IMG/VR virus record: IMGVR_UViG_3300021376_000007
Reading direction: 5' to 3' (one strand)
Length of the DNA stretch: 64,000 bases
DNA from: a virus
Below, in pieces: positions 21,968 through 35,466 of this stretch (positions are counted from its first letter, which is position 1; the number at the start of each line of letters is the position of its first letter). The position numbers and the translations under genes are program-made. The notes beneath the pieces are model-generated. The model saw nothing but the letters and a program-made list of their open reading frames with translations. It was not told where the DNA came from and ran no database searches.

Positions 21968-24900
21968 ATGAGAACTTATTTTTTAGCTTTAAGAAACGAA
22001 GATTTTTCCATTGCAGGAAACAAATGGACTAGTTCTTCTATAGACCTGTATGCCAATAAGTTTTACACCAATTACTCAACAAAAAAATCTCCTTATGGAA
22101 ATAATTTATTAGACAATTTTACTTTTACTGGACTTTCTGCAAAAAACAATGCAACACCGACGATCAGTAAAGCCATTACAGTTACTGATTATGGCGAAAT
22201 AATTCAAGACGAAGATTATGGTCAGTATTATGTTTTTGATTATGATGCTTTAGAAGACGAATATTTTTTCTATTCAACTACGAATAGTTCAACTCCTTAT
22301 AGAGTTATCGCACCGACATTTTTTGATTCTTTGTATAGATTTGTAGATACTTCAAGTAGCATAGACATAATCCGGTTATAAACATGCGTTCACAAATCTT
22401 CCGGGTACAGAAAATCCAAAACTTTCTATTAAAATTACGTCTAATGAGATAAATAGTGCAATTGATTCAGACTGGAGAGAAATAGCAAGCGTTGAGCAAA
22501 ACGTTACTGTTTTGTTTTTAAGGAATGTATCTAGGTATTGTAAATTTGAAGTTACTTTTGAATCAGAATCAGACTTATCAGAGTCTTTGTTTTTGCTTCT
22601 TGTGCAGGTAAACATTGAGGACATCACCGTTCCTGTAATAACAGATCACACAAGAAGTATTTTATCAAGGTTTCCTGGATGGACAAAAATATATGCAGAT
22701 TCAATAGAGAAAACTACACCAGACCTAGCTACACCAGGCACTGTTGCTGGTAAATTTTTTAACTCATTAATAGCAGAACCGCTCGATGACATCGATGCGA
22801 TGGTTTCCAACATTGAACTAAACTCCTATATATCATCTGCGGATCTAAATGAAATAGCTTGGGCGTATGTAAGTTTACCGGTTGCAGCAGGTTTTGTTAA
22901 AGTTTATGGTAATGGAGTTGAACTATCTCGAGTAAGTTCTCAATCTGAACTGCTACAGCACACTGAAAATGAGTTTGTTTTTTATTATAATCATTTAACA
23001 TCTGAGTTGTTTACCGTAAGAAAATATACGACTCTTTATGTTGACACTCAATCTCATAATCAGATTCCAATACAGGCATTTAACAGTTTTGATGAATTTG
23101 GTCTAAAGGTTGGTCTTCAGAGATTGTATCTTGAGAGTAATGAAAGATTTAGATCAAGAATATTAGACGTATATTTTAACCCACCAGATATAAATGTTGA
23201 AGGATTAAAAAGAACACTAAGAAGAGAGTTGGATATTTGGAGCGCTTATAACGCTACTCCAAATTCAAATTATCCAGGAGCGACTCCTGAAGTTTTAGAA
23301 ATATCAGACTTGATTCAAGACGAAAAATATTTCACAAGCGAAGGAAATCCTAAAAAAAGTTTCTTTGATTTAGTAGAGGATTTAAATAAAAGATTTCCCT
23401 CTAATTATGGATACATAAAATGGAATGAAGCATACTGGGATTATGCAGGATTAAAAAACGAAGGTGTTTCTAGAATTCCTCAATATGCAGACGCAACACC
23501 TATAGCAACAGCTTCTTATCAATACGGCATTGGAGATTTTGACGATGCAAAGATTATTTTAGATTATATTTCTCCAGAAACACAAAAATATACATTTTCT
23601 CTAAGGGCTCACGGATATAAATATGATTCCTACTCAGAGGACAATTATGAGCCAATTCAATTTGCTTATGACAGCTATGTGTCATATGTCGAAGGCTATT
23701 ACGATCATCAGTATGCAACTATTGATTATGAGATTTACCTAAAGCTAAATGCACATGGGTATATTCCGGCAAATACAGTTTACAAAGCAGTTGCCCAACA
23801 TTACGTAAGAAATACACATGGCCCAGATTCTTCTTCTTCTCCAGAATTTATAATCAAAGACCTGTTTACTGCTTCAAATCTTTCATCAAATGAATTTGTT
23901 TTTTATTCAACGGATGCATCAGCAACTCCTTATCGAAATAATATTAGCCCATCAGCAACTGAGTCGTATTTATTGACACAGATTCCCCTTTTTGCAGTAC
24001 AGGAAGCAACAATTAAATATATTCTTTCTAAAAACAGTTTTGGAAACACTGGAAGCCATGCTTGGGTCGGATTTTCTTCGGGACCTGTTGCATCTGCAAG
24101 CTCCGATACCGTAGTAAAGTCTTTTACAGGGGCAACTTACGCATCCGCACAAATAAAAATAAATTCAAATATATACGATGCATTAAAATACAGAACTGTT
24201 ATAACTCCAAAAGTTAGAAGCCATGGAGAATACACTATAATCAACAAGCCAACAGTTTCTCATAAAAAATCCTCTATTGTTATAACTCCATCGGATATAT
24301 TGAGAAACTTTGCAATTCCTGTTGGTGTTTCTCCGCAATATGTTCATATAGAAAATATAGTTGTTGGTTCCTATGAACTTGCTCCTGGTCTTGATGTAAA
24401 TAATTTCTATGGTGGAATAGCCCTAAATAAGGATCTGGATGTAAATACATTTGTTGGATCATCTCCCAACATTTACATTTCTTATATAAATCCTAACTTT
24501 TCAACACCAGATCAACACGAATCGTATGCAGACACAGTTGGTTCAACTGTTAACTATTATTTTACAAAAGCAAAGTTCCCGTACAATTCAACACCAGATT
24601 ATATAGTCTTTAGCTCAAACGACGGTGAGCATTATCCTTTTAGCTACCCAATATGGGAGCAGTTCAGCGCAGACTCAATTAACGAGTATGATTTTTATTT
24701 GTCAGAAAATGGAGTGGTCCATGCATCTCCAAATACAAATAAAGATTTGTTAGATTCAAGAAATGTTAATGTTATAAATTGGTTTGACCTAGAAAGAGAA
24801 GACTTTGGACTAGAAGCCTATGCAGAATCGCAACAACTATACTTTACTGGAGTTGAACCAATACACGAATATGATGAAGTCGAAATATGGACTAACTATA

Positions 24901-26630
24901 ACTTTATAGACAATGAAAACATTGTAAACACTAACATACTAAATGATAACGTTTCTCTTAACTATTATGATGAGAATACTAAACAGTATAGAGTAAACGG
25001 TCTACCTGTAAATGCTAGGTATAATCTTGATTCAGTTAACTATATATATCCATCTCTAAAGAGTGGATGGTATTATCAAGATGAAGAAAGATTTATTTAT
25101 GCAAAACCAGAAACAGAAATATCTTCTGACGAATATGAAATAGTGTTAAATCAAACTGCAAGAAAAGGTTCTCCAATAATACTAAACGTTGTAGACTCAA
25201 TGGGCTCAACAATAAATTATACGCAAGTTTCTTTTTATGACGAAGCTACTCCGTCTTTATATGCATATCATAACTACGAGTACCTTACCACAAAAGATGG
25301 ATACAACTTATATACGGCTTATTCAGATATATTGGACGTAACGGTAACGGATACTTACACTGGAAAAGTTTTACTCTCTGGAGAGAACTTTAGTTCAAAC
25401 AAAATATCATTTGTTTCCTATCCCGAAACAAAGCCATTAATAATAGGCAGAGAGTATAAAGTTACATACAGAGTTAACAATAGCTTCAATGTTGATAATC
25501 AATATTTTAATTCAACAGACAATAGCTACAGAAGCAAAATAACCCTACTTAGTACACCAAGCTCTGCTTACGATAGTTATATAACTTATGAATCATCTAT
25601 ATACGATGAAGACTATGAGCTGAAAGAAACTAAATTAAACCCACTTTATAGCTTAGTAGACGAAGGGTTCTTGTACTTATCTCACAATCAATATCCTTAT
25701 GATAATTTTGATTACATTCTTTCTCCAAAGCAAATCCTCGCAGATCAAAAAGATCTGATGGTTCTTAATGTTTTTTCAAAAGACATTAACAATAATCCAA
25801 AACCATATATCAGCTATAGCATTTCTGGTTCAAACATCTCTGCAACACCAAGCAGCTTCACGACAGACATAGAGGGTTACGCAAGATCCCTAATAAGATA
25901 TGTCGGATCAAGTGTTCCCTATGAAGAGGATAGTTACCTGTATATACAAGACCAAATCAATGCGACGGCAACCGTTGAATATTTGGTTAAGCCAGATTAT
26001 TCATTGCTGGAAAGAATTTCCGCAGAAGTGGATAAGAAAATAATTGTAGCTGATGGCATTCAATATGTAAACATAATTGGAAACACAGTGCCCAATACTG
26101 TTGTATATTGGAGAAAGGGAAGAAGCCTGCCAGACACATTTGATCTAGCATATGCGCTTGATTCAAATGAACCTGGTTCTTCCAAAAATAAAGGGCACAA
26201 GGTTGCAGATAATCAAGGTTTATTTAATATTGGCCCATTTACTGCTCAAGACGATGCCACTCCGGGCTACTGGTTTGTTTCTGTAGAAACAGAGTTTTCT
26301 CAAATCACCAATGCCAATCCGACTACCGTTGGTGGAGACATAGTTTATTGGTATGAAAAATATGATTCTTTGCAATCTTCCTTGGGCGAACCGATACTGC
26401 AGCCAAACCTTAATTTAAATACAGCAAAAGCCCACTACGCTGATGTTAAAGCTTTTAAAGTCAACACTTTAACAGAAGAACCTTACTATAGTGCAAGTGC
26501 GACCCCAAGTTGGAACTTGCCGAGCTGGTATCCCATAACTAAGTATACGCAATATCAAATGGGCATTTTGGGCGCTACTCCTTACGTGATTGAGTACTCA
26601 GATACATATCCAGATTATGAAGAGGAATAA
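21968..26630 (+). CDS. Large baseplate/tail structural protein (~1553 aa); +1 shift at CGGT 22373
   Basis: ATC C-GGT TAT AAA CAT opens a stop-free frame into ORF 22512. Wedge-like motif FDEFGLKVGLQRLYLESNERFRSRI. Confidence 0.7.
22373..22376 (+). other. CGGN recoding site 6 (CGGT, codon 136)
   Basis: ATC CGGT TAT. Confidence 0.85.
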
Positions 26631-26633
26631 CTT

Positions 26634-29600
26634 GTGAAAGCATTTGAGAACAAGACTGTAACCGGAAACGAACCGGCAGTAAAAAAGGGCTATAACTTGC
26701 CCAGTGATGCAGTAAATCTTCGGTTATTTCTCTTCTGAAGAAGTCACTCCGAAAGAGCACTTAGGAGTTATAGATTTAGCTGGTATTATTCCAGAGAATA
26801 TACCGTCTGGCTATGCAACTGAGGCGGATACGATGATGTACGCTGATGAGTTTGGTGTTTTAAGGCATGCCAGTAATAATCCAGAGCTTGGCCAACTAAT
26901 TGGATCGCCAATTGTTCATAATTCATCTGTATCAATCAGTAATAATATATTAAGATTTGATAATGAGCAATTAAACTATAATTTTACTGGCAGGGTGAAT
27001 GAATTTGAACAACAATCCTTTTGCCACAGCATATATATCAGCACAAATTTTGCCCTAATTCCGTCCACGGTTTCAGAATATGCAGGGCTAGAAAGATCTT
27101 CTTATCTAAGGACTCCAGCTCAATACAATATTAGAATTGTAGATAATTCTGGAAAAGAAAATAAAAATTTAAAGTATAAAATTATGCTTGAAAGATATAC
27201 AAACAACTCAAGTAGAAATCAATTGTCAGGATATACATATCAAACCGAAGACCTATATAGAATAATAGTTTTATTTGATTCTGTAGATCCGCAAAATCTG
27301 TATCTTGTATATGATAAATATGAAATGGATGAAGACAGAATACCGTTTAATCCTCATTTTGGTTATAAAGAAAAAATAAATACGGTACCATACTACAATT
27401 ATGTTGCAGAGGAATCTGAAGTTATAGATCCAAGCTCTAAGGATAAAAGAGTTTATTCAACACAATTGTTTTCTTACAAGGAAAATAATTTATTAAGAAC
27501 TAGAATAAACAATGATGGATGGAAAATATATACTCCCAAAAAAGCGATACAAGATCCTAGAACTTTTCAAAGTTTTAATTGGCGCTTATTGGCAAAAATT
27601 ACCTACAACTTTTCTAGAACAAGAAATGTTTATTCATCAGATGAAAGACCCTTTTTGAATGTTGGAGTGTTATATTCTGGTTCTGTAGATCAAGTAAAAA
27701 ATGCGTATGTTTTTGCGAATTTGGAAACAGGACCTTTTAATATTCAAAAATATTTATTTAACAATCCCAATGCCAGTAATCAGTATAACAAATCTCAAAA
27801 AAATTATTGGCTAGTTGATATTGACAACATGCAGGCATCATTTTCTTCTTATGATTTATTAATTTGGACGCCAACAAGACCTATAACAGAACAGCAAATT
27901 GCAAACGTAGAATCAATTCTTTCTCAAAATGTTTCTATAATGATTGATTTTTCTCAATTATCTTTAAGTTCTTTAACAAGTTTTGGTTTTAATTTTTCTA
28001 TACAAAGTTCAAACTCTGGATACATAACGATAGACTCAACCTACGTAAATGGCGACACACAAATGGGTTCTTTTAGTCTTTCTTCCTATCAGGAAACTCA
28101 AGCAAACACTGCGAATAATGTTACAGGAAAGAGAAAAGAACCATTAAACAACAACGCTATAATACCAATACCAGTTTTTGTTGGAGAAATTTCTGCACAA
28201 TCTAGGTCAACTTCTATCGTCAGACAAGGAGAAAATCATGTAATAGTTAAAAGGACAAATCCTACAGGCAACCTTTATCCAGCTTCGTTAACAGTAACCG
28301 CATGTCCATTTTTTCAAATACTAAATGATGTTTTTGCAACTGACGGAACACAAACTACTAATAATGGTCAGACCAACATTTTACCCCCTGGATCTGTCAG
28401 GTCAGATGTTGTTACTGGGCCGAGTAAATTGTTTTATAACATAATTGCCGACACCAGTAAAACAAAAGTAAATAATTATTCGATTAATAATACTAGTCAA
28501 GAATCTACAATATTATGGAATGTTTCTCCTTGGAGAAATTCTTGGACAATAAATGGTCAATTAAGAAACAATCAAGTAACAGTATTGACACCAACGGAAA
28601 TTGAAACATATCATTTTGCGTTTAGAACGCCAATAGGATCAAGCACTTCTAAATTCTGCAGACAAATAAGCTATTCTGTTGAACAGTTATTCAGGGCAGA
28701 TTTTGAGACAACCCCAAATGGTGGGGATGCACAGAATATAATTAACCAAGATTGTAGCAATGTTGAGTTTTATCTTGAGTGCACAAACAGAAATGTTGAG
28801 TTTTTAAATTTCAATAATATTAACGAAGATATAGTCAACGGAAATGAAACTCTTATAGGTCAAGTACCGCTTCAAAACTCTATGTTTAAAATTTCAACCG
28901 CTGCAAAAAATCAAATAATAAGCGGATCTGCAGTAGCCCTAGAGGCCATATCAAGTGTTAATTCAGTTGAGTTAAATCTAGGTGACTATTCTTATCCGTT
29001 TATAGTTACCAACACCTCTGAATACCAGGAGCGAATAGGATCGAATATAAACACCCCTAACGATTATTTGCCAGGCAGTCAAGTTGCTCAAGATTATAGC
29101 TTCACACTAAGAACGCAAGTTTCTATTTCTGAAGTTACAAAAACTATTCACAGGTATAAAATAGAATGGAGTGTTCCGTTTACCAGTATCGTTGGAGGCA
29201 GTGCCGATTTCGGAGCATATATAATCTCGAAGGGCGGAATTAGCGGATCTCTTTCAAGGACAAATTATTCGGTAGCACACTCCGCAGAAAATAAAATACA
29301 AATTGCAAAAACATTTTCTAGATTTCACAACTACAAGTATCCTAGTAGAATATTTTCTAGGACAGATATAAGATCTCTTGATTATGACGACACCTCCTAT
29401 CCTCAAAACAATTTTCACTACACCGGAGACATTGATGTGGGCAATAGATGGGACGAATATTTTTATGGCAAAGATTCTGCAACAACATCATCTGGGTCAA
29501 CAACTGGAACACAAGTTACGGTAACAAATACCCAAACAACAAATAAAGGAACAGCAATTCCTTCAGCAACCATAAAAGCAAATATAATTAAAGCAAGAAT

Positions 29601-32600
29601 GGCTGATGGGTCTTATGAAACTGGCGATTTGAATATTAATGGTAAATTTACACCAAACGCGTTCTGGAGAAAATTAATTTGGACAGGTGGAGAACCGGAA
29701 AGCCTAAGTATAATATTTCATAAATGGCTGCTCAAGCTTTTAGATGACAAGCTTGGTAAAAGTCGTCAACCGGCGACCACCGATCGGGTACCTATCTGTT
29801 ACACAAGGTGATTTTATCGCTGATGAATTCACTAAAGCATACCCTGCAATTCATGAAGCAACCCGAACAATATCTTCTGGCTCATCTCCAGCAAGAGTTA
29901 CTGCAACAAGTGTAACAAGATCATCTTCAATAAAAACATATCGCAATGGATACTCAAAAGATTTTGTTAAATATATTCAATATACACTGTTAGATCAACA
30001 ATATAAATTAACAATAAATGGAGAATATGACAAGGCAACAGCCAATGCAATTATGTCGTTTCAAAAAAGCAAAAATCTTAGTTTTATTGATGCACTTGTT
30101 GATTCTGAAACTAAATCTGTTTTGGCTACATATTGGTTGTCTTTATTGAAGAATAATACTGATCTTTATAACGAAAAAATAAAAGAAGCGCCAGAAGGTG
30201 TACAAAAATACATCAAGGCAGCCGTTAAATATTCGGATATAGCAAATGTGGGAGTTCCAGGAAGAGAGTACAGAAGAATAAGTTTTACAGGCGTACCTGG
30301 TCCAACTGAAATTGTTGATAATTTTATTGTTAAAATACCTCAAGTGGCAAGCGGACAAAAAATTCATGGTATAACCATCTCAACTGGTTCTTGGCCAGCA
30401 GTTTTTGAATCTGTATTTTTGTATAAACAAGACTTTAATGTAAACGCTTTTTATACTCAGCTAGGCGCAAATGCAAAGATACCAAATGCGCAGTATGAAA
30501 CAGGAATTATGGGAGATACAGAAATAGCACCGAATTCATCTCACACAATTAATTTTGACACTTATCAAGGGGTAGAAAATATCAAATATGCGATGATTAC
30601 AATTAAGGGTAGAAAATTGTTGGCACAAAAATATGGACCGAATGCCGAAGGGTTTTCTGTATCTGATATTCAATTTGCCATATCTTCCGATGGAACGTAT
30701 ACCCCGCCAGAATTGGGAGGCTCTTCTAGATTTCAGGGAGTTGCAACAGGAAAAATATCTGGATATACAGAAATAGAATCTTCTGAACAAAAAGCAATAG
30801 ACTTTGCAAGTGTAAATACTTTGCTAGCAGGAACAAGTTCTATTGAGTCAATTCAAATAACAAATATATCCTTTGAAGCTTCAAGCAATGGCGTAAAAAA
30901 ACAAATAAATCATACTATTCCTAGTTCTGAAATAGAGAGAAAAAATAAATTAAATTTAAACTATTCTTTTGCAGAATCATATTCTGGTGATGGCAATATC
31001 GCAATAACATTAGATCCACTATCTCAAAATTTAGGCTTAAACTTGAACAACGTTGGGACAATTCCAATATCAAGAGCACAAATAATATCGGCAAATACAT
31101 TTTCTGATGCTAGCATATCTGATTTTTCCATAACAAAAGTAGATGGAAGGCCAAATCTTTATGTAGTTAAAACAACGAATGGAATACAGTACAATTCAAC
31201 AGAAGCTTTTCCTCAAGTAAACGTGGAAAATTACTACATCGCCGATGCCGACAATATTGCAAGCAGGCAAAATATAAAATTGACGATAAATGCGAAAGAT
31301 GGTCTAGTTGTATTGGTTAATAGCAATGGCACTCCAGCTGGTTTTCCAAATTTTGCTAGCTATCAAAACACAAGTTCCAACACAATATTTGGATTTGGTT
31401 TTATTAACCTTTTATGGGGGGAAGCAAATCCTGCCCCATATGGTCTTGACTGGCAATTCTTGTACATAAATCCGTCTTCAGGCCAAAGAACTTTTCTTGG
31501 TAGAAAAATAACCTACGCTGAGTTTGTGCAGAAAGGTCCTGCAAATATTTATATAGGTCTTAACGTATACGATGCAGACATGAACCAACAAACCATTAAT
31601 AATATAGTTGGTGAATCATTGAGAAATTCTCAATTGGTACAATTGAATAAACCAACCAGATACATATGTCCAGTTTATTCCGTAAAGGTAATTAGCAGAC
31701 CAAAAATAGCAGTTAGTGCGCCTCCTTCAACTTTAACCAAGTTTGATACATGGTATGTTAATCTTACTCCTGGTAAGTTTGTTAAGCAGATTACGATACC
31801 TGCTGCATATAACTTTACCAATTGGTTGAAAGAGTACAGGGGTCAGAATTTAAAGTGCTACTACGATACAACTAAAATTAAAACGCCTTATTCATCAATT
31901 TTTGGTTTTGGCTACTATGATGTATATGACGAAAATCCAAAGATTGTTTCTGATAACGAGATTGCTTTAAGACATGGACAGATACATTGTGTACAGGAGC
32001 AGTATGATAAAACGTATCAAGTACCCAGTTCTGGTCAGAACCAATACACTGATGCAAGTCCAATAGTTCCGTGGATTAAGGTGTATTTGAAGAAAAATAA
32101 CGACACGTGGGTAGAAGTTTCTAGAAAAGAAATAAAAAGTTTTGATAAACATACTGGTTTAATAAAATTCAAAAAAGAAATAGTTCCACTTGAATCAAAA
32201 GATATTCAAGTTAGCTACACAATTAAGACATCAAACATAATGATCCACCAAATAGACGGACAACTTCTTCCCATAAATCCATACAGTGCACCAAAGACAA
32301 ACAGGCCGATATTTCTGTATATACTTCCATTAAAATGCGAACAAATGTCAGGGACAAATTCGTCAGTTATAAATGAGTTTGTTGCACAAGGAGCCATTCA
32401 ATACACTAATGATTCTAACATTTTTAAAATCAGTTCTAATTCTTATAACCCACTTGCCTTACATATCGCTACTATATTGATAAATAATAAGTACGACTTC
32501 AGTAATGTTAAAGTGGAAGATATGAGACTGAGGGGTGGCGGGCTGTCCAGCAAGGTTGATATTGGCAGAATATTTGAAGAAAATAAAGATATTGGTTCTT

Positions 32601-32800
32601 ATGCAGATTTGTACACAGGAAAAGCATACCTTCATCCAAATGGTGGATATGTTGTAGTTCAAATTCCGAGAGAAGTAATGAACAATTTTTCTTCAAAGCA
32701 AGAAGTTTACAATATAGTCCGCAATAATATAACAGCTGGCGTAAGCTTTGATATACAAGACCTGGATGGGATTGATTGGAGATCGATAGATAATGATTAA
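26634..32800 (+). CDS. Large virion protein (~2054 aa) with a peptidoglycan-binding domain; +1 shifts at 26721 and 29785
   Basis: GAGGA RBS plus GTG at 26634. CTT C-GGT TAT and GAT C-GGG TAC join three frames. PG_binding_1-like VKYIQYTL...NGEYDKATANAIMSFQ...DALVDSET. Confidence 0.7.
26721..26724 (+). other. CGGN recoding site 7 (CGGT, codon 30)
   Basis: CTT CGGT TAT. Confidence 0.8.
29785..29788 (+). other. CGGN recoding site 8 (CGGG, codon 1051)
   Basis: GAT CGGG TAC. Confidence 0.8.
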
Positions 32801-35457
32801 TGACCTCGGCAATTATGTAATGTCTTTTGGCGGATCTTTTCGCAAAAGTATTTATTCTGTATTAAAACAATCTTTGTTGGAAAAAGAAGAATTAGGAAGA
32901 TTGATTGAAAAAACTTCTTCTTTGACAAAAGCATCTGATTATATACCGGTATTTGTGTCTCCTTTGTCTGAATTTCAGAGAGAAGTTTTAGTTGATTTGT
33001 TTAGAGATCTTGAGTTAAGAGTCAAGTCTTTGTATACAATATCTTCTACCTTGTCGCTGTTAGCGTCTGGTATGGCAAATATTTTTGGTGGAGAGATTGA
33101 AAAAATAGAAAGAGATATTGAATATTTAAATTCCTATATCAATAATTACTCTTTTATATCGCGGAGAAGATGATTTATATAATATTAATTTTATAGAAAA
33201 TTTTGATAATGATCAAAATTATTATAAATATGATCAAGGATTTGATTTAACAATTACAGATAGAAATAATGTAAATTTTGCTGAAAGAGAAAAAAGTTAC
33301 GTAGATTCATTTACTGGTACTCTAAAATTTTCTCAAAATATAGAAGAACTTTTTGTTCCAATTTCTAAAAGCAATATAAAATCTATTTCTTATAAGACTA
33401 ATTTTTCTGATCATATTATATCAAGTGATACAGGAGTGGAAAACTCTATTACCGGAGACTCAAACAACTCTTGGAACCTAACAATCAAAAGTCCCTCTAT
33501 AATAAATGATTCAATATTTTCTAGGACAGAATATTATTCTTTTAAGAATTCTTCTACCACTTCGAGTGGAGCAGAGGTAGCAGTTCGTGTTGAATTATTT
33601 TCTCCCGTACGAGCCTCTCGCATAAGAATCTCCCCAAACGTTGGAAGCGGGCTTTCCCTAACTCAAGCGGTCTTACGTAGTGGTCAAGCCAATACCAACA
33701 ACGCGTCGTCTAATCAAAATAATTATGTTCCACTAATGACTGATGCCGTATTTTCAAATAAAAATATAGATATTAATTTTCCAGAACAAGAAATACAAGA
33801 ATTTATACTTTTCTTTAAGCAAAAAAAATATAAAAGAACAAAATTACCAGCACAACAATCTGAAATAAATTCTAAAATGATTAACTATATAGTTAAAAAA
33901 TTAAGAGCTGAAAGAAAACAAAAACATGACACACTTCAAGACTATGTTTTTAACTTTTTCTTAAAAGATTTTAATAGGGATTTTGTATTAAAAAATAAAA
34001 ATATTCATTCATACAATTATACAAAGTATTATCCAACGAAAAAAAACAAAGACCAGGTTACCATATTGAAAATGGATAAAAGAGAATCTAGACCTTCCGA
34101 CATAGACGACTACAATAGATTTAAAAACTTTGATGTTATTAACAATATTGTTTTTTCTGTAGTTTCTTTTAGTTTAGGATCAAAAGTTAGGTCTTTGAAT
34201 CCATCAACTTATGTGGATTCGACTTTAAGGTCTACAATTAAATCTGTTAATTCCTATTTGTCTGGTGGAATAATTCCAGTTGGCGACTCAAACAACTTTG
34301 ATAACAACGGACATTTTGTCGGCAATAATACGTTGTCGCCCAATAGAAGTGATGCAACTCAAATAATGAACAACATAGAGTCAAAAGATATGTATGAGTA
34401 TATGTTTTCCATAAAGAATATATCTGTTATGTCTACTCAGGCAATGCAAAATAATAGTCGTAGAGCTTTTTTCGTAAGCAAAAGATTGCCGTTAAACGCA
34501 AGACCAATGTCTGTCAAGGCTTTATGGAATACGGTTGATAACAATATTGGAACCAATTTAAGCAGCTATTTGGCCTCAACCTCTATTGAATTAAGTGTTA
34601 GTGTGAAGGAAAGTCCATCAAGCGAAAATGATTGGAAACCCATAATGCCTTATGATTCGAACCAAATTGATTCTGAACTATTAATTTTTGGATCAAATAA
34701 TACTGCGTCGCTAAGATTTCCGCCACTTACAGAATCTGTAACAATCTATAAAGATGGATTAATAATGCCAAGTAATCAGTTTGCTGTGTCTGGATCTACG
34801 GTAACATTGGCCTCAAGAGTAGCACAGGCTAACTCGATTTATGTGGCGCGCTATAGTCCATCAAATATATCTGCCGCTAAAGAAATTCAATTATTTTCTG
34901 CAAATTTGGCGAGTCCGGTTTTATCTATGGCCTCTTCAAATGGTCAGTCTGGAGAGTACTTTAATAAGGTAAATTATGATCTTTCTGCGCAGCTTTCTAA
35001 ATGTCCCTACATTGACCGATCCAAGTTGGTAGGGGGGAACTATAACTCTTATATGGGAACGATAACAAGCTCTAATACGTCTTTTGGTAATTACGATTAT
35101 TCTTCTTATTCTCCAGTGAAAGTTATTTTTGACGATAACACAACGGCCATTAACTTAACTAATTATCTCTTGAATGACAATAGTCTTCCTATTTTCCCCA
35201 ATGACACAAGTTCAATTTATTTTGTTCATTATGATAAAACAATTATTTTCAATAAAAACCCCACAAAATCATTTAGAGTTATGTATCAATATCTCCCAGA
35301 TATATTTAGATATAGGGTTATTCTAAGATCTCTTACTCCAACGATGGAAAATTCATCTTTAGATAGATTGATTTTTAAGTTTTCAGGATTTAAAGAAGAT
35401 TCTATGACAAATAAATTTATAAGATATGATAATATATTTAGAAAAACAAATTCTTAA
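32793..35457 (+). CDS. Virion structural protein (~887 aa); +1 shift at CGGA 33162
   Basis: TCG C-GGA GAA GAT GAT opens a 91-codon stop-free stretch leading into ORF 33436. Architecture resembles the downstream paralogues. Confidence 0.7.
33162..33165 (+). other. CGGN recoding site 9 (CGGA, codon 124)
   Basis: TCG CGGA GAA. Confidence 0.85.
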
Positions 35458-35466
35458 GGATTAAAT